A stretch of 64,000 nucleotides of DNA, taken from contig OZ024741.1 in NCBI GenBank assembly GCA_964016885.1, positions 361,026,001-361,090,000 of the forward strand, read 5' to 3'. Shown here piece after piece: positions 27,231-40,419 of this stretch. The translations under genes and the position numbers were made by a program. The stretch is from Eledone cirrhosa. Its lineage: Eukaryota. Numbering within the stretch: the stretch's first letter is position 1; the number at the start of each line of letters is the position of its first letter. The notes under the pieces were generated by a model. That model did not search any database, was not told the origin of the DNA, and saw only the letters and a program-made list of their open reading frames with translations.

Positions 27231-28039
27231 TATGTCATATACACACTTTTCTTTGTTTTGTGAGGTTCAAATATCTTTTACAGAATTTCAAATAACAAGA
27301 CTCTTTTTTTATATCTCAGGAAAATGGCTGTTTTCATTAGTGTGGGAGTATCAGTAGGTTTTGTTTCCTAAATGTTTAAAAAAAAATCAAGTGGCTTGAA
27401 AAATATTTTCATCTTTTTCAGGTGATATCTTGTTTCCTGTGACAGACTTCTTCTTAATAACGGGACCTCCCTCCCCCACACACACACATCCTGGACAGGA
27501 TGTGTGTGTGTGTGGGAGGGGGGACCCGTTTTTACTTATCAACATTTTTAACTATTGATTCAGATTATTTTCAATATCTAACCCTTTGATACTATATTTC
27601 TAAGGAAAGACACTGCCTATGATTTTAAAATAATTTTGAAAATAATGAAGAATTTGGAAGGATTTAATTACGTAAGTTTCTCATTAAGTTAATGTTTGGA
27701 ACATAACTTAAATAGGTTCCTACAGAAAGTTATGATAGAAAGTTTTTAGATAACTATGAACACTTTAAAACAGCTTTATATCATAGAACCAGAGGCAGTT
27801 TCAGGCAGTTTAGTATCAAATGGGCTGAATGGTGATGGATTAGCAGACTCATTAGAGTACCTGAATGAAAGGGTGAAATAAGAGAACCAGAGTGAAAGTG
27901 TGATAGAAGACAGAATATATATATATATATATATATGCGAGCAAGACAATCACTCTTGCCTCAAGTGGGACTACCCCCGTCCAAACCCATGCAAGCGTGG
28001 AACACGGACGTTAAACGTTGATGATGATGATGATGATGA

Positions 28040-28059
<20 letters not shown>

Positions 28060-28073
<14 letters not shown>

Positions 28074-28815
28074 CTGAAGTTTTCTGTGTGTGTGTGTGGA
28101 CAATTTTTAATGAGGGCTCATATATTCTAAACCATTCATGCGATTTCTTTGAAATTTTTTACATAGCTTCTCCTTGAACAAAACCTGTACATGATCTACA
28201 AAGGCTTTCAAAAATCGATATTGGGGCCTTTGGAGACATTAAAAAAGTTTCGGTTATTTGTGTCAATTTTCGTGATTAATTAAGATAGAAGTTATCTTTC
28301 GTCAATACAATAGGAACTCATTTTTTATGACGTTGGCTGTTCTCGAGTTACTAATCCTGACAACCTATTTATTTATGCTCCTGACGGGAAAACCAAAAAT
28401 GTTGTGTATAAATCTGCCCTTCAATAATCCAAAAGACAATGAGTGCTCCCACCCAACATCCACCTTTTTTTATAATGATTTGCTCATCCATCAGTTCCCC
28501 CCCTGTTATGTCCAATCTGTATTGTTATTCCAACCTGTGTACATAATAGTGTCTATTATTCACTTCACTTCTCTATTTCATGATGCGCTTTTACTGTTGT
28601 CCAAAAAATGTATACCTAGACTGGATTTCTGTTGTTACATGGTATAATGGATGATACCGAGCTCACATATTAATTATTTCGCTGGAATAGTGCCTAAGGT
28701 TTTCATGTTTACATAAAGTACGTTTTTCTTCTATGTATTCAAATTTACTTTGTTTAGTTTAATGAGCTACATCGAAAGCTACTTGAACCATCCAAAGGAC
28801 GGGTACTTTAGCTAG
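28060..28815 (+). mobile_element. Non-autonomous Helitron retaining the helicase C-terminus
   Basis: 28329-28427 encodes DVGCSRVTNPDNLFIYAPDGKTKNVVYKSALQ-stop (RepHel C-terminal motif). 3' hairpin CCATCC-AAA-GGACGG, then CTAG|T. Embedded in (TA)n. Confidence 0.8.
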
Positions 28816-28928
<113 letters not shown>

Positions 28929-29231
28929 ATATATATATGTATATATATATATGATATCACTTGCAAATAAACATTGGAGCTTCAAGTGAGTTGAAATGCT
29001 TAGAAAATGTAGAAAATCTAAGATGCAGGAAATAACTGTGAACACAGCTTAGAAAATTAGGTAAAATACCCTCATAGATGATAAAGTAGCCAGCATCTGC
29101 TACAGAGAATCGATTCTCAGTAGCATTTATACAGGTATTTTACCTGATTTTCTAAGCTGTGTTCATATTTGTTTCTTGTGTTTGAGAATCATCATCATCA
29201 TCCTCATCGTTATATATATACATATATATAT

Positions 29232-29232
<1 letters not shown>

Positions 29233-29262
<30 letters not shown>

Positions 29263-29793
29263 GGTTTAGCGTCCGTGTTCCACGCTTGCATGGGTTTGGA
29301 CGGGGGTTTTCCCACTTGAGGCAAGAGTGGTTGTCTTGCTCGCATAGGACTGTCTGGCGGGTTTTCTACAGTTGGATGCCCTTCCTAACACCAACCACAT
29401 TTACAGTGTGGGGCTGGGAGGTTTTTACCGTGTTGCCTACACGGCCACATTACAGCGTGGACTGTCTGGCGGGTTTTCTACAGCTGGATGCCCTTCCTAA
29501 CACCAACCACATTTACAGTGTGGGGCTGGGAGGTTTTTACCGTGTTGCCTACACAGCCACATTTACAGCGTGGACTGTGTGTTTTTTGTCGTGACACCTA
29601 CACGATCTCATTTGTTTCGGCCTGGATGTTGTGGGACCAACATAACTTTACATTGAAAGGGGCGGTGTGGGTGGGGTGGAGGTGGTGGGACGGGGGTGTG
29701 TTTTGATAGAGGTGCCTACTGACTGTAGTAGGTTTTTACTTTGTATTTAGGTAAGGTCTTCTCTATTACTGAGTACCGCCAAAGGTCTCGGTC
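29233..29793 (-). mobile_element. RTE subfamily B 3' end
   Basis: 3' UTR with an internal duplication of about 113 bp and a (GAT)n tail, in (TA)n. Confidence 0.9.
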
Positions 29794-29811
29794 CATATAT
29801 ATATATATATA

Positions 29812-30662
29812 TTAGCCACTAAAAGGTTCTCCCTAAAAATGAAAGGCAGGTTGTATGATGCCTGCATACGAACAGCAATGTTGCATGGCAGTGAAACCTT
29901 GGCATTGTGTGCAGAGGATATATGCAGACTAGAGAGGAACGAAGCTTGCATGCTCCGCTGGATGTGTAATAGTAATATACGTGAACGGCAAAGCATAAAC
30001 GAACTAAGGGAAAAATTAGAAATAAGAGGGATCAGATGTTGTTTACTCGAGAGAAGGCTACATTGGTATGGTCACGTGATGCGCATGAAAGACGATAGCT
30101 GTATAACAAAGTGCAGGGCAATAAAGATAGACGGTAGCCATGGAGTAGGCAGACCCAGAAAAACCTGGGACGAGCTGATAAATTCCGACCTCACACACTT
30201 ACACCTCTCCAAGACAATGTCACTGGACCGAGACCTTTGGCGGTACTCAGTAATAGAGAAGACCCGCCTTACCTAAATACAAAGTAAAACCTACTACAGT
30301 CAGTAGGTATCTCTAACAAAATTCACCCCCGTCCCACCCCCCCACCCCATCCACACCACCCCTTTCAATGTAAAGTTATGTTGGTGCCACAATATCCAGG
30401 CCGAAACAAATGAGATTGTGTAGGTGTCACGACAAAAAAACACACAGTCCATGCTGTAATGTGGCCGTGTAGGCAACACGGTAAAAACCTCCCAGACCCA
30501 CACTGTAAATGTGGTTGGTGTTAAGAAGGGCATCCAGCTGTAGAAAACCTGCCAGACAGTCCTATGCGAGCAAGACAACCACTCTTGCCTCAAGTGGGAA
30601 AACTCCCGTCCAAACCCATGCAAGCGTGGAACACGGACGTTAAACTTTGATGATGATGATGA
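29812..30662 (+). mobile_element. RTE subfamily B, 5'-truncated
   Basis: ORF 29839-30276 is the RTE C-terminus, followed by 3' UTR and (GAT)n tail. Confidence 0.93.
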
Positions 30663-31118
30663 TATCATCATCACTGTTTAATGTCCATTTTCCAAAGTAG
30701 CATGGGTTATCCTGTCGTGAGGCATGTCGGATCAGGTGACCATGTTGTGCTCATTCAGAATTGTTTCTTGCTTGGTTTCTATAGCTGGATGCGCTTCACA
30801 CACACACACACATATATATATATATAAATATACACACATACATACTCAAATGGACATATATATGTATACATACATAAATACATATTCATACATACAATTC
30901 TACACCTTTACACACACAGACACACCCATGTTCATATGAATATATTCATGCATTGCTACTGAGGATTTTACATAGGTGCAGGGGGTTGGGGTGGGCTCTC
31001 TAATTCACAGTAATACTAAGCTGGAGTTTTGGAAGAAGCATATCACTGTAAATCTGAGGTTACACCATTGAAAAGTAGTGCCTCCCTGTGTCCTATCTTG
31101 GCATACATGTCCTGCGCG

Positions 31119-31327
31119 TTAAATTCTCTTGATCTCTATTTCTTCTTTTCTTCTTCGTGAACTTTTTCTCTTTTTGTGTTCAGTGATTAAAGCATTTAGA
31201 AGAGTGAGTGCCTCATGGAAGCCATATCCAGACACTGAGGAAACACTGAGAATAAACCAACTTCGATTTCTTAGTACGATGTCTAGTGAGAAATAATCAG
31301 ATATGGCTCCTGGAGACATTGCTGATG
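31119..31327 (-). CDS. ARF/ARL-family small GTPase, last coding exon
   Basis: Polypyrimidine tract plus CAG acceptor. PSAMSPGAISDYFSLDIVLRNRSWFILSVSSVSGYGFHEALTLLNALITEHKKRKSSRRRKEEIEIKRI-stop. Joined CDS is 603 nt, 200 aa, with no frameshift. Confidence 0.88.
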
Positions 31328-31811
31328 CTGAAAAGAGGAAAACAAAACTGTATTAGTTTTATGTTGTTTATTTAGTTTTATATATAGTTATATTACGACT
31401 GGAGAGGGATGAGTTCTGCCAGGCTGAAAATGCCCCTAAAACACTATCAGGATTTACGGGACTTTACCACACCATAGTTATACTGGATTAGTTATATTGG
31501 AAGCAGCATAGCTAAATGATTAGGAAGTTTGCTTCACAAATTATTAGGTCCTTGGTTCAAGCCCACAGTGTTGCTTCTTGGAAAAGTGTTATTTACTATA
31601 GATTCTGGTCAACTCAGATTTTTGAGTGGAATTGGTTAGAGAGAAACTGTTTGGAAGCAATCAGATTGTGACTAATTCAAATGGCCAGCCTTGTTACACA
31701 CCGTGTTACACAGAATCTCACCAAGAATTACATTACGGGTACACATATCTGTGGAATGTTCTGCCACATACATATTAATTTCACGAGCAGGCTGTTATTA
31801 CACTATATATA

Positions 31812-31947
31812 TAGGAAAAGAATCAGGACCCCAATGGCTGAGCTCTGGCTGTTTCAAAAGCTAGATCTGACAAAAACCCCATTTTTTTCTGATCTAGCTG
31901 TCGAAATGGCCGGAGCTCAGCCGTTGGGGTCCTGACTCTTTTCCTAT
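31812..31947. repeat. Imperfect inverted repeat of about 56 bp
   Basis: TAGGAAAAGAATCAGGACCCCAATGGCTGAGCTC... versus ...GAGCTCAGCCGTTGGGGTCCTGACTCTTTTCCTA. Confidence 0.85.
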
Positions 31948-33594
31948 TACCCACTCTACTACCCTAAGTATTGAGTACTCTGGTGCGTTATGATCCACCT
32001 AGTATCTTACCACACCTTCTTTGTTATATATATATATTTATCATCATCCTTACCATTTAACATGTATTTTACATGTTTATATGGATTAGATGAGTTGTCA
32101 TATTCTGTGGCTAGACAGGCCAGGTTACCATGTCTTGTTTATGCATTACACTTTTGGTATCGTTTCCATGGTTTGATGCCCTTCCTAATGCCAACCACTT
32201 AATAGTGTGTACTGGGAGCATTTTATTGTAGCACCAGCACTACCACTTTACAAGTGCATTTTATCATGGAATCAGTACTACTTACACACACATATACATT
32301 CATGCATACATACCTACTTACATACATACATTCATGCATACATACATACATAAAACTGACTACCGCTACCACCACCACCACCACCGTCACCATCTCCTCC
32401 AATACTATCACCCACCCCCAACGCGCACACATGAAGAATGGGTCTTGTTCAAAATGTCAATTTTCTCCTCTTCATGAAAAATACTAACTTATTCCACACT
32501 GCAAAGGTTTATTTAATAATTTATAATTGGAAATTAGTTTGACATTTTCAAAAAAAAAAAGTGTAGTGTTGTAGCAATGAGTGGTGTAATAATATTGGAG
32601 GACTTTGAGTAAAACCTCTCGTTGTTACTAATGTTTTAACCACTTTGATACCAAACTGCCTGAAAATGCCCCTGCTTCTGCGGTACAAAGCTGTTTGTTT
32701 TAACCCTTTATCATTTACATTACTCTATATTTACTATTGTATTTTTGTGGTAAAGGCTTTATCTTGTATAATTATTTCACATAATATCAAAGCTACATGA
32801 TTTTGATGTTATTTATTTTGAGAACAATACTTTAATGTCAGTATGAACCGCCAGTTACAGGTGGTTTGAACAGAAAAATGTGAGAGAATTCTGGCCAGAT
32901 ATGGCCGGTTTAAATGCTAAAGGGTTAAAGTGTTTATATTTATCTGCCAGATGTTGTAGTTGGCAGATAGTACCGGCATTGGGAAGATGAAGGGAGGCAT
33001 AGTTTCCTTGGTCTGATTTGATGATTGGTTCTTTTCCTTTCCTTTTTTATATTTATAAAAAAAAAAACTTCCTGTATAATTCTATGTAAGAACTTTTATT
33101 ACATAATGCTCCAAACACTAACTTAGCCCTTTAGCATTTACATTACTCTATATATACTATTGTATTTTTGTGGTAAAAGTTTTATCTCACATAATATCTC
33201 ACATAATATTGAATCTACAAGTTTTTGATATTATTTATTTTGAAAACAATACCTTAAAATAAGTATGGGCAGCCAGTTATCATTGGTTTGAACAGAAAGA
33301 GGTGAAAGATTTCTGGCCAGATATAGCCAGTTTAAATGCTAAAGGGTTAATGAGAAAGTTAGTCACCTCTATTACTGAATCTCTTCAAATTCTTGATTAC
33401 TTTCAGAATGATTTGAAAATTAAAAACAGTGTCTTTTATTAGAAATATCAGGGTTGACTTTGTATGAGAATGACACAAAAAGTTTGATATTTTGATATTT
33501 CCAGGACTATTTGGGTGTTTGGTGTAATATGTCAGAACTGACCAAAGACAGGAATGACATTTGTCACCTGACACTTAACTTTCTTCTTAGAGAA

Positions 33595-33830
33595 GTTGGT
33601 GAAGAAGATAATGATGATGATGATGATGATGATGGTTGTGGTGGAGAGAATATTGAGAGTGGTGAAGATAGTGACAATGATGATGAAACTTGTGGAGATG
33701 ATAATGATGATGATGATGATAGTGGTGGTGGCGGTGATGGTGATGATGGTGGTGGTGATAATGATAATGGTGATGATGATGGTGGTGGTAGTAATAGTGA
33801 TGCAGAGGAGGGTGGTGATCATCATCCTCA
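33595..33830. repeat. Degenerate (GAT/GGT)n microsatellite
   Basis: Low-complexity trinucleotide tract that produces spurious ORFs in several frames. Confidence 0.9.
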
Positions 33831-34310
33831 TCATTACCCCCTTCCTGCCCCAATGTATTATATATATAAGCTGTGAGGAGTAGTGGCCTTCATCCCACTC
33901 TCTCCAGGCCATATGTGTTGAGATTTGATCAGAACTCAGCACTGCAAGCTCATCAATTACACCTTGTGTGCTCTGCATTGTACTTATTTACATTTAAGTA
34001 GACTGAGCCAGATATAATTAAGTGTCCCTAGAAACAGTGTAGAGTCAGTGGCGGGGATATGAATCTGAATTCTCTCAGTTACCAGCCAACTACAAATACT
34101 CACACTTAAGGAACAATTAAATAGGACCCTTAACCTTTTAGTATTTAAACTGGCCGTATCTGGCCAGAAATTCTCCCACCTCTTTCTGTTCAAACTGGCC
34201 ATGACCGACCACTCGTACTGATGTTAAGGTATAACTGCCAAAATAAATAACATGAAAACCTCATAGATTCAATATTGTGAGATAATTATGTGAGATAAAG
34301 CCTTTACCAT

Positions 34311-34893
34311 GTAAATATGATAGTAAATATAAAGTAATGTAAATATGATAGTAAATATGATAGTAAATATAAAGTAATGTAAATATGATAGTAAATATGA
34401 TAGTAAATATAAAGTAATGTAAATATGATAGTAAATATGATAGTAAATATAAAGTAATGTAAATATGATAGTAAATATGATAGTAAATATAAAGTAATGT
34501 AAATATGATAGTAAATATGATAGTAAATATAAAGTAATGTAAATATGATAGTAAATATGATAGTAAATATAAAGTAATGTAAATATGATAGTAAATATGA
34601 TAGTAAATATAAAGTAATGTAAATATGATAGTAAATATGATAGTAAATATAAAGTAATGTAAATATGATAGTAAATATGATAGTAAATATAAAGTAATGT
34701 AAATATGATAGTAAATATGATAGTAAATATAAAGTAATGTAAATATGATAGTAAATATGATAGTAAATATAAAGTAATGTAAATATGATAGTAAATATGA
34801 TAGTAAATATAAAGTAATGTAAATATGATAGTAAATATGATAGTAAATATAAAGTAATGTAAATATGATAGTAAATATGATAGTAAATATAAA
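34311..34893. repeat. 40-bp tandem array (about 14.5 identical units) inside a MITE
   Basis: Unit AAATATGATAGTAAATATGATAGTAAATATAAAGTAATGT, with no variants seen. Confidence 0.97.
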
Positions 34894-35554
34894 GCAAATG
34901 CTAAAGGGTTAAGGGAAACTGTGGAATATTTACTCCTTTCATTTTGAACTGATTCATACTATAATCAACCTTGACCATATCCTCCTGAGACCTCATTTTG
35001 TTCCCCAGTTTAACCCTTTCCTTACCTTATTCTTAATGAAATACACTGCCTATAATTTCCAAATAAATTTTGAAAATAATCAAGAATTTAGAGGGATTTA
35101 GAAAAACCAACTAATCTGGCATAAAATTCTGATGAAAAGTTTTTAGATAAATATAAACATGACAATCTTCATAGTACTGGTGCCATGATAAAATACACCC
35201 ATTACACTCTGTAAAATGGTTGAAAGGCCTTCAGCTGTAGAAACCATGCTAAAACTGGAATGTATGTCTATGAGATATGATCTCCAGTCCATCTGGAAAG
35301 GTGGGGCGTAGCTACCATTAAGTAGTGACTTGGTCTTTGACAACTTATCCAACCCATGCCAGCATGGAAAAACAAACTTTAGAGGATGATGGGGATGATT
35401 ATAAATATTTCAAATTAAACAGTGTTGCATCATCTAACCAGGCGTGGTTTTAGGTGGTTTGATATCAAAAGGACTATGAAAATGAAGAATAGCTAATATA
35501 AAGCTCAACACAAGAAACTAATCCTGAATAGTAGAGATGTGTCGAGTTACTTAC

Positions 35555-35686
35555 GCATATCTTGTTTATTTGCTAATATCAGAACAGGAACTGTTTCCAT
35601 ATCAGGATGCTGGATAATTCCTAAAAATTCTTTACAACTCTCCTCCAGCCGAAGTGTATCACTGCTGTCAATCACATAGATTAATC
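35555..35686 (-). CDS. ARF/ARL-family small GTPase, coding exon 3
   Basis: AG/GTAAGT bounded, phase 1/1. GLIYVIDSSDTLRLEESCKEFLGIIQHPDMETVPVLILANKQDM, with G4 NKQD. Confidence 0.93.
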
Positions 35687-36134
35687 CTATAAGAAGATAT
35701 TGAATAAGATAAATGATATCGCACATGTAGTAGCAATAGTGGATAATGATATCCCATGCACAATATCACACCACACTTAGGAATATTGTATGGCCATTAA
35801 AATCACAAACATAATAGCATTCCACTCTCTATATTACATACACTCTATATGTCAATACCACACACTCAGTAATGTAATATATATATATTACTTTATCTCA
35901 TTATCACATACTCAGTAATATCACATTATATATACAATGTAACAAGAGGACACACTTGATAATATTATGTTTCAATGATATCACATATTCAGTAAATGAT
36001 ATTACATGGTCATCAATATCACACATTCAATGGTACCACATACTACTAACACGTGCTCTACAACAGTCATGGGCAAATTGCAACCTCTGAGCCACATAGA
36101 ATACAGAAAAATATGTGCACATACATATTAAAAT

Positions 36135-36320
36135 AATTGTTTCTACATTTGGCACAGGGTCAGCAATTATCCCAGTGCATTACTGGTACTTTATTTTATC
36201 CACCCTGTAAGGATGAAAAGCAAAGTTAACCTATGTGTGATTTGAACTGTAAAAAGCCGTAACTCTATGCTGCAAAGCATAGTGTCTGACCCTCTACCGA
36301 TACTGCCAATCCACCGCCCT
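36135..36320 (-). mobile_element. SINE family 1, full-length copy with target-site duplication
   Basis: TATATTAAAATAAT is repeated on both sides. Confidence 0.85.
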
Positions 36321-37364
36321 TTATATTAAAATAATGTCATAATGTCATAAGGGAGATAAAATAAAAGCTACCCAAGCATTTCTCGCATTGGCTTTTTGTT
36401 GAATTGCGGTGACTTTTGCATTCTTTTGTGAGCATTTTTTGGAATGTGGTCTTTGGTCTTTGTCTCTTGCAGCGACCTCCTGGTAGTTGATCTAGCAGAA
36501 GACACACAGCATGGAAGTTACTAATTAGATGTGAGATTTGATGACAAATCCATGACAATTGCTGGTTTTGAACCTGAGCATAGAGATGTGACTGCTCTGT
36601 GCATGTGAACATTTCTGCATTTGTTACGTGATCTTGGTATGTTACGTCACAGATGATGCTCAGACAATTTGTGTGATTTGTGTTCATTGCTCGTTTTTTT
36701 CTGAATAGCATGCCTAATTTCAAAATTGCATCGAATTTTTAAGTAGTGTGGCTCATCTTGTGATGAGCCACTTCTTATACACCCATTGCTCGAAAAAGGT
36801 TACCCATGTCTGCTGTACATATCCCTCTTTCTCTGTCCACAAAAATATTATATATACACCCACCCCACACACCTCTACTCCATCCTCCCATTTCCGTCCA
36901 CTGGAAAGTGGTTGTGTAGGTGACATGACAAAAAGCACCCAGTCCACACTGTAAAGTGGTTGTGTAGGTGACACGACAAAAAGCACCCAGTCCACACTGT
37001 AAAGTGGTTGTGTAGGTGTCACGACAAAAAGCACCCAGTCCACACTATAAAGGTGGTAGGTGTTAGGAAGGGCATCCAGCCATAGAAAACCTGACAGTTC
37101 TGTATGAGTGAGACACGGTCTTCCAACCAATCTCGCCTCAAGTGGGACAAAACCGTCTAACCCATGCTAGCGTGGAAGGTGGACGTTAAACGATGATGAT
37201 GATGATGATACAGACATATGTCTCTCTACATAATGTAGATTAAACATCTATAGATATATTCTACAACACAGAAGACTTAGAATAGTTATAATTAGAATAC
37301 TAATTCAAAAAGTTCAAATAGAGATATTTATTGTGATAGTATATGTACAGGAGTCTATGAGCAT

Positions 37365-37800
37365 GGTTGTGAGTATATGTGTGGGCTTCTGTGTATGTGT
37401 GAGTGAGTGTGTATGTGTGCATGTATGTGTACATATGTGCATGTATGTGTACATGTATGTGTAGATGTATCTGTACATGTATGTGTACATGTGTGCATGT
37501 ATATGTACATGTATGTGTACATGTATGTGTACATGTGTGCATGTATGTGTACATGTATGTGTACATGTATGTGTACATGTGTGCTTGTATGTGTACATGT
37601 ATGTGTATATGCGCACATGTATCTGTGTGTATATATGTGTGCATGTACATATGTGTATGTGTCTGAGTGAGCATGCATGTGTGTATATGTGCATATGTGC
37701 ATGTGTGTGTGGGCATGTGGGTACATGTGGTGTGTGTATGTGTGTGTATGTGTGCATATGTTTGTCTATGTCTGTGCATATTGTGTGTGTATGTATTTAT
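37365..37800. repeat. Compound (TG)/(TATG)/(ATGTATGTGTAC)n repeat
   Basis: Alternating purine-pyrimidine tract. Confidence 0.9.
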
Positions 37801-37869
37801 ATCAGTCACATATTAGTAAATGGTAATGAATTGCTCTTATAATCTGCTAGGAAAGAAATGATAACTAAC

Positions 37870-38043
37870 CTATTGTATTGGAATAATAATGGTACCAATG
37901 GGCACGAGACTTTTTCTGGCCACCAACTTCCCAGATAATGACATTGCTTTTATCCATGTCAATCTGCTCCACATTAAAACCCAAAGTGGGAAGTGTAGGG
38001 ATTTCCTGCTTCAACTTCATGTAATACAGGCTTTTAGATTTAC
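37870..38043 (-). CDS. ARF/ARL-family small GTPase, coding exon 2
   Basis: AG/GT bounded, phase 1/1. GKSKSLYYMKLKQEIPTLPTLGFNVEQIDMDKSNVIIWEVGGQKKSRAHWYHYYSNTI(G) contains the end of G1, G2 (PTLGFNVE) and G3. Confidence 0.93.
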
Positions 38044-39248
38044 CTATAATTCAATAGAAAATAGATTTTATTAAACCTTTTGTTACCACAATTTTAATAA
38101 AAAAACACTGCCTATGATTTTTAAATAATCAAGAATTTGGAAAGATTTCTAATATAACTAAATTTCTCATTATTTATCTGATATTTGGAACATATACAAA
38201 ATTATGGTAGAAAGTTACTAGATAAATATAAACACTTTAAAATAAATAGTTTGTAACATTGAACCAAAGGTGATTTCAGGTGATTTGGTATCAAAAGAGT
38301 TAAGATTAATAATGGTTTGACACCATATTCCTATAAATATCATAAATGATCTTTAACATCGACATCAGAAATATCATGAAATACACCTATAACACACTTA
38401 ATGAAATAAACTATTTATTTGACATGCAGGTTCCATCCCTGCTCATAAAATATCTTTAGTTAATGCTTTAACCCTTTAGCATTTATATTACTCTATATTT
38501 ACTATTATATTTTCATGGTAAAGGCTTTATCTCACATAATATCAAAATATTTTGATATTATTCATCTTGAGAACAATACCTTAATAAAAGTATGAACAGC
38601 TGGTTATGGCTGGTTTGAACAGAAAGAGGTAAGAGAATTCTGGCCAGATATGGCCAGTTTAAATGCTAAAGGTTAATGTCATGTGACAAGTGAGAGCTTC
38701 CCTCAGAATATGAAAAGTTACCAAATAGCAGTTTTATATTTAATGAATTATACAAATAAAGAACAGACAAAACAAAATAAATTGAAAAAGTATAGAACAT
38801 ATATGTGTACAAAAAGGTTATGATAGTAAGTGTAAGCAGTGTTTAAACAAGGTGGTCATTGAAGAGTACAGCAAAATATATATTTTTCACAAAAGACTCT
38901 AAGCTTCAGAAAGTCATAAATGTAGAACTCCAATTTGATTTACATGCCATAATTTCATGATTAAAAAATGAAGAAAAACAAGGAGTTTGCTTCACAACCA
39001 TGTGGTTTTGGGTTCAATCTCAGTGTGTGGTACCTTAGGTAAGTGTCTTCTACTATAACCATGGGTTGACCTATGTCTTATGAGTGAAATTTGGTAACTG
39101 AAAATTGTGTGGAAGTTTATCATATATATATATATATAGATATTTTTTTTTAGGGATTGTAACGTCCAGTTACTCTAGGTTCACCAGAGTCAGCACTCGA
39201 TGCATAGTTTCCAGTAGGTATATTGTTGTAGTACTAGGCAGAGTGTAA

Positions 39249-39343
39249 TAATAAAAAGGACGATTTATTATGTCTTCATTAAGCTTATTGAGTAACTACT
39301 CAATTAACGCAATGAAGACATAACAAATTATCCTTTTTATCAT
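39249..39343. repeat. Hairpin of about 95 bp
   Basis: 33-bp outer arms plus inner ATTGAGTA/TACTCAAT. Confidence 0.8.
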
Positions 39344-40419
39344 CATCATTATTATTATTATTGTTGGATTGGCAGTATTGGTAGAGGGTCGGACGCCATG
39401 CTTTGACGCATAGAGTTACGGCCCTTGCCATTCTGAGTTCAAATCCCGCCAAGGTTAACTTTGCCTTTCATCCTTACGAGGTCGATAAAATAAAGTACGA
39501 GTAATGCACTGGGATAATTGCTGGCCTTGTGCCAAAAGTAGAAATAATAATAATTATTATTATGGTTGGATTGGCAGTATTGGTAGAGGGTCAGACGCCA
39601 TGCTTTGATGCATAGAGTTACGGCCCTTGCCAGTCTGAGTTCAAATCCCGCCGAGGTTAACTTTGCCTTTCATCCTTATGAGGTCGATAAAATAAAGTAC
39701 CAGTAATGCACTGGGTAATTGCCGGCCCTGTGCATTACTGGAGTTTTCCCACTTGAGGCAAGAGTGGTTGTCATTGCTCGCATAGGACTGTCTGGCGGGT
39801 TTTCTACAGCTGGATGCCCTTCCTAACACCAACCACATTTACAGTGTGGGGCTGGGAGGTTTTTACCGTGTTTCCTACACGGCCACATTACAGCGTGGAC
39901 TGTGTGTTTTTTTGTCGTGACACCTACACGATCTCATTTGTTTCGGTCTGGATGTTGTGGCACCAACATAACTTTACATTGAAAGGGGTGGTGTGGATGG
40001 GGTGGGGGAGGTGGGACGGGGGTGTATTTTGTTAGAGATGCCTACTGACTGTAGTAGGTTTTACTTTGTTGTTAGAGATGCCTAACATATATATATATAT
40101 ATACATACATACATATACTTCAATTAAGAAAGAAGGCCAGATTCCAAATATTCCTTTAATGTTGCAAAAATTACAATACGTATTTCTATGGTGGCAGCAG
40201 GCTTACATCATCAGGTCATGATGCAAGGCATATGGCAACCTTATCAGGTGTAATTCACAAAGATTAAGTAATGGTGGTGGCGGTGCCAGTGATGATGATA
40301 ATGATGATAAATTACTGGGATTGCCTCGAAACACTCATCTAAAATTTGGGTATTATACCAAATATTGGCCAAATAATATTATATATATACATAAATATAT
40401 ACATACATGCATTCATACA

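Noticed and set aside
33511-33978. Asp/Gly-, His- and Met/Val-rich ORFs
   Set aside because: Products of a (GAT/GGT)n microsatellite that is open in several frames; no splice or domain evidence.
34304-34897. 197-aa ORF and a CRISPR-like periodic array
   Set aside because: Identical 40-bp units with no unique spacers, in a eukaryotic context; the ORF arises from the repeat.
37300-37842. Multiple overlapping His/Thr/Cys-rich ORFs
   Set aside because: Dinucleotide-repeat artefacts.
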